A DNA stretch of 63,946 nt, counting the filler, from Pseudovirgaria hyperparasitica (Eukaryota), in assembly GCA_010093815.1 (NCBI GenBank). It is 31 parts of 31 records of this genome, joined end to end, with 100 filler letters (N's around TTAATTAATTAA, not from the genome) between each part and the next. Parts side by side here need not be neighbours in the genome. Positions count along the whole stretch, not along the records: positions 36,301 to 38,127 come from ML996667.1; positions 38,228 to 40,050 come from ML996668.1; positions 40,151 to 41,911 come from ML996669.1; positions 42,012 to 43,749 come from ML996670.1; positions 43,850 to 45,435 come from ML996671.1; positions 45,536 to 47,104 come from ML996672.1; positions 47,205 to 48,734 come from ML996673.1; positions 48,835 to 50,258 come from ML996675.1; 23 more parts are not named here. The stretch is one strand, 5' to 3'. The notes under the pieces are model-generated. The model was not told the origin of the DNA. It made no database searches and saw nothing but the letters and a program-made list of their open reading frames with translations. A program made the translations under genes and the position numbers. Of this stretch, positions 37,375-51,269 are shown piece after piece. Within the stretch, counting starts at the first letter, position 1. Each line of letters opens with the position of its first letter.

Positions 37375-38127
37375 ATAGAGTATATAGTTCTATATAGACT
37401 TAAGCTTTATTTACCTAGTCTATATAAGGGCTATATACTAGTACTTATATCTATATATAAAGGCGGGTCGTACTATAGAGATATATAGTTAGTACGCCTT
37501 ATTCTAGGTGGTTCCCTATATAGAGGCCGTAATCTAGTATATAGTAGCTTCTATCTTAAGGGCCCTAGATACTACGTATATGATCTATAGACTCTATTTA
37601 AGTTTATTATTAATTATAACGCCGAGTATATATATACTCTATATCGGTAGTTCGGTAAAAGTATCTATTCTAGAATATTACTCTCCTTCTCTAGTAGTCT
37701 ATTTTCTATAGTAGTTAATAAAGTATATAAGTTAGTATTTCTTAGGGGCGAACTTTACTCTATAGTGCTTTATCTACTAGATATATCTCTTATAGTCTTA
37801 TTTAAGGCGTTTATATATTAAACTAGTATTATTATTAATAGCTAGGAGGTATATATTATCGGCGTATCCTACTACCTCTATATATTATATTCTCTATAGA
37901 AGATCTATAGTAAAGAAGAGAAAGAGAATTAGAGAGATAGTACTTCCTTATAGGATACTATATATTATCTTCTTATATTTACTTTAATATCTAGGGATAT
38001 ATATCTAGATAATTCTTTTAGTAAGAAAAGATTATATAAATCTTATAATCTATTCGGGTATATATCTCTTCTATAGATTATAGATAAGTCTTATATAGTT
38101 TATCTTATTAAATATACCGGCTATATC
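37375..38127 (-). mobile_element. Second RIP-degraded LINE RT fragment, opposite orientation
   Basis: Similar to 7870-8625 (GGCGTATCC = GYA of the YADD region). Confidence 0.8.
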
Positions 38128-38227
38128 NNNNNNNNNNNNNNNNNNNNNNNNNNNNNNNNNNNNNNNNNNNNTTAATTAATTAANNNNNNNNNNNNNNNNN
38201 NNNNNNNNNNNNNNNNNNNNNNNNNNN

Positions 38228-38323
38228 CATACCCTCATACCCTCATACCCTCATACCCTCATACCCTCATACCCTCATACCCTCATACCCTCATACCCTC
38301 ATACCCTCATACCCTCATACCCC
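38228..38323 (+). repeat. (CATACCCT)n microsatellite followed by low-complexity C-rich then G-rich DNA
   Basis: Visible 8-mer array. Confidence 0.95.
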
Positions 38324-40150
38324 CATGCCCCCATGCGCATGCCCTCATGCCCATGCTCTCTCATGCCCTTACGTCCGTCCGTCCGTCTGGTTCTTATATA
38401 AGCCCTAGGCACCACCTGTTAACAACCCATATTCTCCCCACCACCACCACACGACTCCCTACCTGACACCTTTCACACGCCCAACACAACAACAACAATA
38501 ACAACCGTTCTATCTCTCTCTATCTTTCTCCATTCTCATCTCTACCTTCTCGTTTCCCCCACCCCCCCTAACCCCTATCTCTTAGCAGAAACCAATCCTA
38601 CCCCATCCAACCACAACCACAACGACGTACCAGAGAAAAGAACAAAACACGGAATCGACCAAACGTAATCGACCAAGGTACCGAATAATAGATAGACCTA
38701 TTCCGTATACACGCGCGAGTACCATAGCTCGCCTCTCAATGCACCTCCTCTATCCAACGCAACCCAACGCAACAACCTGATCAAGTACCGTCCAACCCAA
38801 CCAACCAAGCAAGCACATCCATCCCTCCTCCAACACAACCTCAACCACCCTCACCCTCACACCCACTCCCTCCCTCTCCCTCTCCCTCATCCCCCACACC
38901 CTCAATCCCAAACCCACGCCGGCCAATACCCCCTCCCCCCCCCTCCCAACAGGTTGAACCAACCCCCCTCCCTCCTCGCCCACGCCGCAAGCGCAATCTC
39001 CGCCTTTCCATCCTCGCTCAAACACGGCAACGGCCTATGCAACGACGTCAAGACTCCGGGGCGGGGAAGTGGGTGGTGCGCTACGGGCACCGTATTACCG
39101 CCTGTGGATGTCGAGGACGAGGAGGCAAGGGGAGAGGGCGTGGTGTTTGGAGGATGTGGGGGAGGGGCGTGGTGTTTTGGGATGGATGGGTTTCTTGGCT
39201 CATGCGTGGGAAGAGTATGATGGTCTGGGACGTAAGTGTTTCTTGGCTGGTGCGGTGTGGGAGCGTAATGCTCGGGCATGTAGCTGTGTCTTTCCTGATA
39301 TGGGGGAAGAGGATGATGCGAGGGAAGAGCGTGATACTCAGGGACGTATGTGTGTGCTCCGTCATGCGTGGTAAAGGACTAGAGCGACCATAGCTTTAAA
39401 ATCTACATCCAAATATATAGAAGTATATTTAGACATAACTAAAAACTTAAGAGAAAATGTGTGTGTTGCGCGCGCGACATGCCAAGAGTTGCGCTTAAAA
39501 AGTTACGGACGGATGGATCATCCCTTGGGATATAGACAGGGGCGCAACGTGTGCAGCGTCTTGAGCACCCTTCCACACTACGGCTATTTTTGGTACCAGG
39601 AAGAAAAATGGGCCGGACCACAACCAGCGCAGTGTATTTATGTCTGCTATCATTATGAGACACGAACGATCCTACGAGCAACAGACATCGAGCGCATCAT
39701 CTCCGAGATAGACTCCTGTCGAGAACGAGGGGCTGGTAGAGGAAAACATGAACTTGGCGCAGCAGATCCGCATGTATCGTACGTATTGCGACTCGATCCA
39801 GCGAGCATCAGACATTGCAGTAGCTAGCATGGAACGATTGCAGAACGCTCGCAGCTACTGCGGAGAACGGACTCGAATTCCTCGGCGTGAATCCATTAGA
39901 TTTAGCTGGATATGAATAAAAATCCATGTCGCTGCCTGCCTTTAGTAAGTGCTAAAATGGAGAAGTAGCTGAACATGACAGAGGACTAACCAAGGCGAGA
40001 AAGGAATACATGGCTTCCTAGTTGTGATGCGGTCCTGGTCGGATTATCGTNNNNNNNNNNNNNNNNNNNNNNNNNNNNNNNNNNNNNNNNNNNNTTAATT
40101 AATTAANNNNNNNNNNNNNNNNNNNNNNNNNNNNNNNNNNNNNNNNNNNN

Positions 40151-41911
40151 TAATCCCGGCCAGAGTGAGGAAAATCGACAGAGTATTGTACCGCTCCTGC
40201 GCGACTTGCTAGCAACGAACGAACAGAGGGAGCACATAGTCGTGGGCGACTTCAATCTACACCACTCCCATTGGGGAGGACCGCGAGTGACTCGAGCCGA
40301 AAGCGAAGCCGAAGAGCTGCTGGAAACCATGGAGAACTTGAACATGACGAGCATGCTCGACCCTGGTACAGTCACCTTTGAAGTAGGCACTCTACAATCG
40401 ACCATCGATATGTGTTGGATGTCAGTAGGACTACTAGATCGGGTCATCCGGACCAAGGTCGACAAAGACCTCGGCCATGATTCCGATCATCTGCCGATTA
40501 GCACAGTTCTCGATCTTAGAATTGGGGAGCGAGACGTAGCCCCCACGAGGAACTGGAAGAACCTCGATACAGCGGCCTTCCAGAAAGCCCTCAAGGGAAC
40601 ACTTCCTGCCCTTCACCGACCTAGAACCAAGACTGCTATCGATAAATATATAGAGGATATCGTTCAGGCCCTCAATGCTGCAGCGAACAAAGTTTTACCT
40701 CTAAGACGCCCGTCCACGAAAGCACGGTCGGGATGGTCTACGGAGTGCACATCCGTGCTCGCGGAAGCAAAACGACTCCGGCGAGTTCATGGCCAAGAAC
40801 ATAGTCGAGATTCTTGGGAGGCATATCGGACCGCAAGAAATATCAAGACCAGGACCATCCGAAAAGCGCTTAGGGAGGCGCATCGAGACGCCGTGGAAAA
40901 AGCGGCAGAGTCCCCTACAACCCTGTGGAAGATCGCGAAGTGGGCGAGGAATCGAGACAAGCAAGCACCTGGCATAACTCCAGCCATCGTGGACCCAGCA
41001 ACAGGAGAAAGCATCACTGAAGCGAGTGAGAAAGCTGAGCTGTTTCGTAAGACCTTCTTCCCCAAGCCACCGGAGGCCGATCTCAGTGACTTGGAAAGCC
41101 AGCAAGACCTCAACCAGATCGAATCGCCACCGATCACGCAGAAGGAAGTACTCGATGCGATCAAGGGCGCATCACCGTACAAGGCGCCTGGGCCAGATGG
41201 AATTCCGAATCGAGTGCTACAAATAGCAGCCATGGACCTCGTCTTCCATCTGACCCAAATCTATAACCGGAGCCTGGAGTTGGGCTATTGTCCCGCCCAC
41301 TTTCGAGAATCCATCACAGTCGTTCTGCGCAAGCCTGGAAAAGATGACTACGGGAAACCGAAAGCGTACCGACCCATTGCCTTGCTCAACACGATCGGGA
41401 AAGTCATGGAGGCAGTGGTAGCCCGTAGGCTAAGCTACGTTGTGGAGACACACAAGGTTCTCCCACAGACTCATATCGGAGGCAGGAAGCTACGCTCGAC
41501 CGAGCACGCCCTTCACACTATAATAGGCAAAATCTACGAGGCATGGAACAAGACCCCGAGCCAAGTAGCGAGCCTCTTACTCTTAGACGTGTCCGGCGCA
41601 TTCGATAACGTATCACACCAACGGCTACTGCATAACCTTCGCAGAAGGAGAGTCGATGAGAACCTAGTTCGATGGGTCGCCAGTTTCCTGCGGGATAGGA
41701 GTACACGGATCGCGATGGACGGATACGTTTCGGAGAAGTACACAACGGAGACAGGAGTGCCGCAAGGATCGCCTACATCACCTGGTCTCTATACCTTTTA
41801 TAATGCCGACCTTGTCGAGATATGCAACCAAGGAGACAACACTACTTGCACCGGATACATTGACGATGCGGCTATCTTAGTATGCGGGAGAACAACGGCG
41901 GAGACATGCGA
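40151..41911 (+). mobile_element. Intact Tad1-like LINE ORF2 (APE endonuclease C-half plus RT), both ends cut by contig edges
   Basis: VVGDFNLHH, STIDMCW, SDHLPI, KAPGPDGI, KAYRPIALLNTIGK, LDVSGAFDNV, GVPQGSP, YIDD. No stops and no RIP signature. Confidence 0.95.
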
Positions 41912-42377
41912 NNNNNNNNNNNNNNNNNNNNNNNNNNNNNNNNNNNNNNNNNNNNTTAATTAATTAANNNNNNNNNNNNNNNNNNNNNNNNNNNNNNNNN
42001 NNNNNNNNNNNCTGGTCGACGCGCTAGCCACTTTTGATTTCACTGATCACGTTCTTTCTTCGAGGCGCGCACGTCCTCAATTCAAACACTGAATGCATCG
42101 TGTCTGTTGGGTCTGACCTCAAGTTACAATGGACCCAGACCTGCGATGGATCTCTCAATCTCTCAATTCGAATGATAACTGGATATAAGTCTCTGCGGAA
42201 GCATCGAAAGGAGAAGGAGAAGCTTTTCCACCATACTCTTACTAAACTAAATTCCCGCGTATTGCTCACGGCTGTCGGAGAATCGAGTCCTTGGCAATTC
42301 AGGAGTACAAAATCTCAATTTGTTCAATACCTCCTAGCATACTACCCGTCCCACGCACTTCGAAGTTGTAACCTATG

Positions 42378-42645
42378 TACATATGCACTTCAACGGTATT
42401 AGCGGCCTCAGCGCGTCATTATCGCGTTATTATCACGTAATATACGCGTCGCGTCTAATATTATAATCATAGGCTCGAAAATAGGCTATGGAAGTGCCTA
42501 CTATGGAGAAATATAACTAGAACATGAGTACTTAACCCCTAGATAACTAGGAAGAAGTTAACGAGTAATAAATATATAGTATTAGCTATATAGACGTCGC
42601 TATCTTTATTTTATATATATATAGTACCGTTGAAGTGCATATGTA
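42378..42645. mobile_element. Tc1/mariner-type MITE with TA flanks
   Basis: Perfect 23-bp inverted repeat TGTACATATGCACTTCAACGGTA (42376-42398) and its complement (42625-42647); TpA-rich interior. Confidence 0.8.
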
Positions 42646-43849
42646 CAGTTCAAGTCGGGAGCACTTAGGAGGACACTGGTTTTAGCATAGACACCCCTAG
42701 ATAAGGCCTTGCACGGTCGCCTGGAAAGGGCAAGGCGATGTTAACTTTATTGAGGAGTTTTTGTCCGTGCTTGAACAGCCCATGATTGTGTCAGACCCAG
42801 AGGCAGCATTTCGAACACTTGTATAGAGGTAAAGTAGCGTCTAGCTCTGAGTCGACCATGGAGATCGACGACAGTTGCTAATTATAATTCTCAACACAAG
42901 TATCAATAGCGCCAGATTCCACCAGATCGCCTACCGCCGAAACGGTGGGTGTCTGCGTTGGTATCACTTAAACTTGAGTGCATGAGGGACTGGAGAATCC
43001 GAGTCCACAATCGTAGTCCCCCCTCCCCCCGTCCTTACCCACTGCTGTGTATCTCCAGTCTTCCTAGTCCCGCGACAACCAAACTTTATCCCCAACCGCC
43101 ATCATCATGAGAGGTTGGCCAAGTGCTCTATTGATCATTGTGGTCACAGTATTAGGTCTAAACCTCCTGCTCCAGAATTTGAACCTCCTCGAGATTCTCA
43201 ATTTCGAAGCGATCCTCCTGTTGATACTCGTGGCATTTATTCCAATTTTGGCCTTAAGTTGGGTAGTATTCAATTATATATTGGGGGTTATTACGCGACT
43301 GTAAGACTGCCAACTTTGATATATGCACTCGACTAACTCTATAAGACGGTGGGAAGATGGCCATGGACATGATGGGAGAGAGAGAAGCGAAGTTTGATTG
43401 ACTATGGGCTTTGCGAACCTGCTGCTATGGAACCGTGGGCCCCATTGTATAGCGCAGGACATTTATCTGATAATCAACGAAGTTCTCCAGACAGAATTTC
43501 CACGAGAGCAGTGAATGTGATTTTCAGCTGTTCCTCGTCCGTATTAATCGTGCGATCTGGTCGGTTCTCTAGTAGTAAAGATTCAAAGTCTTATACACGG
43601 TGCTTCGGATCTTTCCGACTCTGAGTTTTAGGATGAGAGTGAAGTAGACGCAGCCTCTAGTCCAGCCGTGGCAGCAGCGTTTAGTTAGAACACTAGCTGG
43701 TTGGCTCGCTATGCAATCTCATCATGCCCCAACGTCCAATGCATTGCTTNNNNNNNNNNNNNNNNNNNNNNNNNNNNNNNNNNNNNNNNNNNNTTAATTA
43801 ATTAANNNNNNNNNNNNNNNNNNNNNNNNNNNNNNNNNNNNNNNNNNNN

Positions 43850-45435
43850 TATAATTCTATAATTAATAGAATAGATAGAAGGAAGTATAGCTACTATCTA
43901 CGATAACCTAGAAATATTTAGCTATATTTATACTAAATACCCTTAGAACAGATAGAGAACGTAAAAGAAAGGTACTATCTAAGTTAAGAAGCGTAGTATA
44001 ACGACCGAACTAGATACCTACTTAACTACTATAATACCTCTAAAACCTATAGAATAATATCCCTATACTATAGGAAAATATTTATATATTCTAGTTTTAT
44101 AAAGTACTACTTCCGTTAATCCGCGAAAGACTAGAAATAGTATTATTAAGTTTTAACTATCTATATAAATTAGAGGAGAAAGCTAATAAATACTACCGTA
44201 TTCTTAAGAAACGCGGCTCTCTAGGTAAAACCGACGAACCCTATATAGGTTAGAAATAAGGTCGATTAAATACGTTTAATTAAGAGTAACCTTACTATAA
44301 TTAGTACTAGAAGAGCGTAAATCGAGGTAGAAACGCGTTAAGAGAATACTAAAATAATTAAGGTAGTGCTTCTTAACACGGAATAGGATAAGGTATAGAC
44401 TTAAATATAACACCTATTATAAAATAGTAGGATTATAGTGTACTTCGTTACTATAAGTATAGAGAAATAGAATATATTTCGTCTAACTATAAGAATCTAA
44501 AAAAAGAGTAGACTAGTATATAAGATCTAACCGCGTTCTTAGCTAAATTATATATACTTAGAAGGAGCCGTAGCGCCTTCCGGTAAGTAAAGACCTAATA
44601 TTACTAAAAGTATTATTATCTATAGTAAATAGTAATAAAACTATATAGACCCTTATAGATACTAGTATAGAAGATAACTATATTTTATTAATTCTTATAA
44701 AGGAGTATAGATTATCGTATAATCTCGGTAAAGTTAGCCGAACTATTATAGTTAATAGATATAAAGTTAGAACTTTAGGTAAAGCTATAACGAATTATAA
44801 AGTTTAAAACTTAACGATAATAAAATAGTAGATATCTAATAAATTTATTATAGCTAATACTAGCTAATAGAATATAATTCTAGGGATACCTTAGCTTAGA
44901 CGCCTAAACCCTATCCTTAATTTTTAGAAGAAGATATTAATGTTCCGATAATACTATAGTAAATTATACTAGTAAGTTATAACTATTAGTAAGAAGGTAT
45001 AGAATCTCGCTATACGGATCTAATTATTACTAATCTATCTTATATTCTTATTAATTATTAATAAAGACGAGGATAATAGTAATAATTAGGGCGAAGATAT
45101 ACTATCTAATATATATTTATAGTATATAGATATATTTTTAGTAGAAGATATATTACTTCTCTCTAATTTTAGACTATATAAGCTAAAGATTAAGCTCGAA
45201 GAGAGAGTAGATATCCCTTATAGTCTACTTTATCTACTTTTAAGACTAGAACTTAAAGTTCTTTCTAAATATATTAAAGAATACCTCAGAAGAGACTAGA
45301 TATATTATAGTATATTATTAGCTAATATATCTATTCTCTTTATAAAGAAGAAAGATAGAAGTTTATATCTATATATTAACTATTAGATACTAAATATAGT
45401 AACTAAGAAGAATTATTATCTATTACTACTAGTTA
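43850..45435 (+). mobile_element. RIP-degraded Ty3/Gypsy gag-protease-RT
   Basis: TLIDTS (protease), IILGIP*LRRLNP, ILFIKKKDRSLYLYINY*ILNIVTKKNYYLLL (from [30 protein letters not shown]). Confidence 0.9.
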
Positions 45436-45535
45436 NNNNNNNNNNNNNNNNNNNNNNNNNNNNNNNNNNNNNNNNNNNNTTAATTAATTAANNNNNNNNN
45501 NNNNNNNNNNNNNNNNNNNNNNNNNNNNNNNNNNN

Positions 45536-47104
45536 CTGCCCTTAACTAATAATTAGGGTTCTCCCGGGGTTCTTCCGGTATATATCGGGTTACTACCAGC
45601 GTATACCGGGTCTCTTCCGGTATATATTTCTAGGTCTACTAGTACTAGAGGAGTAGTAGATATATAAGCATCTATCGGGAGACGTCCTTAGGGTACTTAT
45701 TAAGCTATTATATAATATCTAAAGTCTTCGTAACGTGGATAAGCTATTACTATTATATATAGAGGTTAGGGTATATAGCTAGATAGTAGCGTATTATACC
45801 TCTCCGGCCGCACGCCTTATACTATAGAGATATATTAGGGACGCCTCTCTTATAGAGGTAGTATAGGAGTCCTATAGCGCCCGTTCGGGCTTAGATAAGT
45901 ATAGATACTTAGGCTTTTATTAGCCCTTTATATATCTATTTACTCGGTTCCTTCTATAGCCCTCGAATCTATTCTAGGTACCTATTCTACTAGGAGGTCT
46001 AGTAGGTATAGAGTGCCTCTTTCTACTTATCTTAAGTCCACGACCGTATATTTTTTATAAGTTCTTAAAGGCTCTACTAGTCTAGGAGAGCGTCTAGGTT
46101 ATCTCGGACTTCTTATACTACTTAGCTAGAGTCGGCTTCTATTAAGCACCTATACCGTATTTAATTCCGGCCTATATATAGGAGTGCGCGGTAATATATG
46201 CTGATTCGTACACGTAGCGCGGCGAAAGTATATTCTACGTTTTCTATACGTTCCTATACTTATTATTTAGTGAAGTATACTACCCTCTATATCTAGTAGA
46301 AGTTATATATACTTATAACGTCTGTCTCGCGTTATAGTAGTACTATATTAGTAGCTTTATATATACCTAATATAAGACGGAGTATACGGTTCTATATAGA
46401 TTCGAGCTTTATTCGCCTAGTCTATATAAGGGCCGTGTACTAGCACTTATATCCGTACATAAAGGCGGGTCGTACTATAGATATATATAGCTAGCGTGCC
46501 TTATCCCGGGCGGTTCCCCACGTGGAGGCTATAATCCGTTATATAGCGGCTTCTATCTAGAGGGCCCTAGAGACGGCGTATACTACTTATGGTCTCTATT
46601 TAAGCTTACTATCTAGTATAACTCTAAGCGCGCGTATACTTTATACTAGTAGTTCGTTAAATGCGTTAATTCGGGGGCGTTATTCGCCTTCCCTAGTTAT
46701 CTATTTCCCTTAATAATTAATAAAGTGTATGAGCTAGTATTTCTCCGGGGCGAACTTTACTCTATAGCGTTTTACCTACTAGAGGTACCTCTTATAGTCC
46801 TATTCTAGTCTTCTATACGTTCGGTTAGTATTATTATTAATAGCTAGAAGGTATATATTATTAACGTATCTAACTACCTCTATATACTTTATTCCTTAAA
46901 GAAGGTCTACCGTAAAGAAGAGGAATAGAATCGGAGAGATGGTGCTCCCTTATGGGATGCCATATACCGTCTCTTTATATTTACTCTAGTATCTAGAGAT
47001 ATATATCTAAGTTATTCTTCCTATAAGGAATAACTATATAAAGCGTATAATCTATTCCGGTATTCGTCTTATCCGGAGGTTATAAATAAGTCTTATATAG
47101 TTTA
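45536..47104 (-). mobile_element. RIP-degraded Tad1-like LINE copy
   Basis: Colinear with 7030-8598, differing largely by C/T and G/A changes. Confidence 0.9.
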
Positions 47105-49050
47105 NNNNNNNNNNNNNNNNNNNNNNNNNNNNNNNNNNNNNNNNNNNNTTAATTAATTAANNNNNNNNNNNNNNNNNNNNNNNNNNNNNNNNNNNNNNNN
47201 NNNNGTTCGCGCTCTCCGCCTCGCTCGTCCATCGTCACATTCGCGTTGGTTGCTTCCCTCTTTCTCGCCACGCGGACTTCTCTCGCGCTCGCGGTGTCGT
47301 TGCGCTCGCGGTGTCGTTGCGCTCATTTTGAGAGCCTACTGTCCCGATCGAAAATAATGGGAAGAACGAGTAGACAAGTGCGCCACATGACTAGAACACT
47401 AGAATTCACGGCGCCTGAGGTCTTGAAAGGCGGGTTTGATAAGGCGACACACGACCTGGAGGGAAATCTCCCGCGGCCAATCCAGTAAGCGCGTGGTACA
47501 CGGGTAATAACCGGGTGGACGAGTGGAAGAGAACTACACTGCGCTACCTGCCAGTGTCGCATAATGAATCCTCGTAGTATTTAATCTATATTCGTGGTAG
47601 CACCAGTCCCAGGCAAAACGATTATCACGCGTCCATAATGTAGCACTGCAGCAGTGTAAGGATCAACCTGTCTTAGGGGTAACACATTCGTGCGCGGAGT
47701 CGGCACAACACCCGGAGTAGAAAATCTTGTGCGTAGGACGGGACCTGTAAGAAGTGATGCACCCAACGGACATAGTTCTATCGGCGACCTGTGAGTATTG
47801 GTACCCCCTCTCTCGATCCGAAAAGAAAGAAAAGTCGGAGAATCGTCTCAAAACTAGAACGCCTCAAACCGCAGCAAGAATGTGCGAGCACAACGGGACC
47901 ACGGCGCAATCGTGGATTTGTACATGGCGTTTTCGATTCCTTGCAGTCCGGTACAGTGTCCTTCACACTTGAGGGAAACGTCGAAAGTGATACAGTGCAC
48001 ACGACACAATATGGCCTTCAGGCTAACGCTTCTCGTAGATCCTGTGCACATAAATCATGACTCACCCGAACCCCCATCAAGCCCAATATATCCAGAGCAG
48101 AAGGGGGCGGTCGAGGCTTCTGATATATATGAACCTGATAGCGGCCATGGTTTGTATCATAATCCGTCAAAACTTTCATGATTTCATTGACTGTAGCAGT
48201 TGCTCCTTTACAGCGGAAATTGCGTCACGGAACGTTACCCCATGAAGATGAGTGGGTCGATGAAGCAACCCGTACCGAAAACGAGTCTTGCCAGCACGTG
48301 AGCGAAAGCCCTGGTCATACGGCCCTCCCCAGAACTGGCGATAGCCCAGGCGAGTCTTAGTTGTGCCCTCCGTCAAAGGTGCCTAACATTACACTAGATC
48401 ATCCAATCTCCATTGGATCCATTAAATCAGACGACTCTCTGCATCCAGTGGAGGTATTGCTTAAACGGTGACGAAGACAGGGACACAGCGTAAGCGTCAG
48501 CTCCGATCTGAGTGGTATCAACAAATTCCCCACGGATCGCGACCTGGCGGGCAGTTCGACAGTAGAGAATAAAGAGCCGAAACGCCTGGCGTCTAACACG
48601 GACAATCGAGCGTCGTCTTCTGACTATACCAAATCGCCTGATCTGACGTGCATTTCTCCACGCCCGGGCGAGACAGCTATTGTGGAGAGTGATGGTTGTG
48701 GATATTTTCAGAGTGAAGTCAACCCAATAGCGTCNNNNNNNNNNNNNNNNNNNNNNNNNNNNNNNNNNNNNNNNNNNNTTAATTAATTAANNNNNNNNNN
48801 NNNNNNNNNNNNNNNNNNNNNNNNNNNNNNNNNNGTCGAGTTTGGGTATGGATATGGAACTTTGTTTGACAAGGGTGGCGCAGGTGAGAGTGGAGAGAAG
48901 CGAGCGACATCAGAAGTGTCGAGGACAGAGCTTTGCATCAACGGGTCATCGATCTGTGAGTTTCCGTCCGCTGCTCCTCTCCAAGTGGTTTGACGAAGCT
49001 CCGATGACGATGACAGGGTTGGAACTGCCCCCATGGAGTAACAGAGGATC

Positions 49051-49633
49051 GGGTACCAGAAGGGCCCACGTCAAGATGACCTCGGCCCACGTCAGCCAAA
49101 AATGCCAAGCCCACGTCAAATTAGCCGAGCCCACGTCAAAATTTCGTAAATAACGTAAAGTAAAGCATATACTCAGCATATGCTAAGCATGTACTAAGTA
49201 TATACTAAGCATATACTAAGTATATACTTAGTATATACTTAGTATACGCGTCGTATATATATATATATATATATATAACTTAGTATATATATATATATAT
49301 ATATACACGTAATAAAACTTAATATATACTTTATATATACGTATTACATATATACCTTAGTATATTTATATATATATATATAATAAAACTTAATATATAC
49401 TTTATATATACGTGTTATATATATAACTTAGTATATATATATAATAAAACTTAGTATATACTTTATATATACGTGTTGTATATACTAAGTATATACTTAG
49501 CATATGCTCATTTATAATACCGGTAATTTTTATTAATTATTTTTTGACTCGTGGTCTCGCTTAACAGTCTGACGTGGGCTTGGCATTTTGACGTGGGCTT
49601 GGCTTTTTTTGACGTGGGCCCTTGTGTAACCCC
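49051..49633. mobile_element. Mutator-like MITE with 10-bp target-site duplication
   Basis: ACAGAGGATC at 49041-49050 and 49634-49643; imperfect G-starting TIRs; subterminal GCCCACGTCA repeats (4 left, 3 inverted right); AT-rich interior. Confidence 0.85.
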
Positions 49634-50358
49634 ACAGAGGATCTAAGAGAGGACCGTAAGTTCTGTGGGACAGTAGTAGTTCCCTTATAGATAACGACTG
49701 TCGCGACGGTTGCGGATGTCTCGGTTCGCAATGGTCGATCTGAATAATAATGGACTCTCTGTCAAGCGGGAAGGAGGTTTCGCTAGGTACTCTAGCGAAA
49801 CCTCCTTCCCCTTGGTAGAAAGTTGTTCTTCAATGTCGTGTGCCGCACTAGCCACACTTAGCCACCTTTGTTCTCTTTCAGATCAGGCATCCTCGCATTT
49901 GCGCTAGTAGCGTTGTACCTACTATGTGTTTTAGTACAGCCTTATATATGCTAAAATTACGATGCTTCACGACCCGTGTAGAGTCACGCACAACGTCCCA
50001 AAAGCTTATGAAGTCAGTTTCATGTCTTACATGGCGACGGTAGGAGGCTTGTCTAATAGAATGCATCCTCTCTAATGTGCTAATTATGCAGAGTCCACGC
50101 CGTAGAAGGATTGAAGACGACGGCGCGACACATCAATCGAAGGATGGTCCTCCCGCATCGAGCTTTCTTTGACGGAAACGACATGCTCGAGCACCTCGAC
50201 TGCCTTCGCCACTTGTCCGTTTGCTTCATATGCGCCTGCGAGCGCGTGCTGCGATGCCNNNNNNNNNNNNNNNNNNNNNNNNNNNNNNNNNNNNNNNNNN
50301 NNTTAATTAATTAANNNNNNNNNNNNNNNNNNNNNNNNNNNNNNNNNNNNNNNNNNNN

Positions 50359-51269
50359 AGTCAACCCAATAGCGTCAAAAGTCGGGAAGGCAGTAGTAGG
50401 GGGCGTGAATGTCATACCCGAGACACAAGAAGTGCAAGAGGACGATCCGAAGAACTGTCGCCGGCACAACCACGAGACCAACGAACATCTCTACGCGAGT
50501 GCTTCAGTGGGAAGGCATACGAAGCGAGTCCGTCAAACGAGCGAAGAGCCTGGAGTTCGTCCCAAAAAACGTCATCGACCACTAGCACCATTGCCTACAA
50601 TACGCTCGCAGGCGACCCCTGGATGTCGGCAACAGACAGCTTCTCAGCTACATCTGCAACACACAGCTGGCTGTAAGGCTATGGAGGAAGAGATTTCAAA
50701 GGCTACCGTTACGCGACTTGCTAGGGATTCGAATGCGAATTCGATCTTAGCCATCACCCATACTCGCCATCACCTTGACGGGACCCTCTATATCTCAGCC
50801 ATAATGCGTGCAGACCGGATTGTGGGGTCATGGGACAGAGTCAAGGCCAGCTTGGCGGCCGCAGCATCAGTGGCAGATCCTAGCACCCTTACGGTCACGG
50901 TCACAGACTGTGAACCGGACGAGTCTCTTGGAGAATGGCCAGACTTGGTCCTGGTCACTGCTAAACGGGGAGGAACGCAGCGCTCTGTGCAGGACTGGGC
51001 GCGGGACCTGGTCGGTAAAGGACAGCGATTCTGAATCAGATTGCTCGTCCAAGGGATCTCAGTATGTGCCCAATCAGCCGCGACGCACCCATGAGCGATG
51101 GAAACCAGAGGATGATGCGGTGCTGAAGAAATGGTAGAAAAAATGGTCGGGAAAACGGGGTGATATCACCAGAATTCAAAACCCACTCGGATCAAAGCGT
51201 TCCTTGGGCGCAATCCAGATCCGCATTCACAAAATGAATCAGTCTTGGCAAAGGTGCCAAAAGAGATGA
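50359..51269 (+). pseudogene. 3' part of a disrupted gene with a C-terminal Myb/SANT-like motif
   Basis: Long frame to 51034, then in another frame THERWKPEDDAVLKKW*...RSLGAIQIRIHKM. The first 18 nt overlap the end of the contig at 48717-48734. Confidence 0.6.

Noticed and set aside
38750..39393. Overlapping Pro/His- or Gly-rich ORFs
   Set aside because: Low-complexity C-rich/G-rich DNA opens frames on both strands; no domain support.
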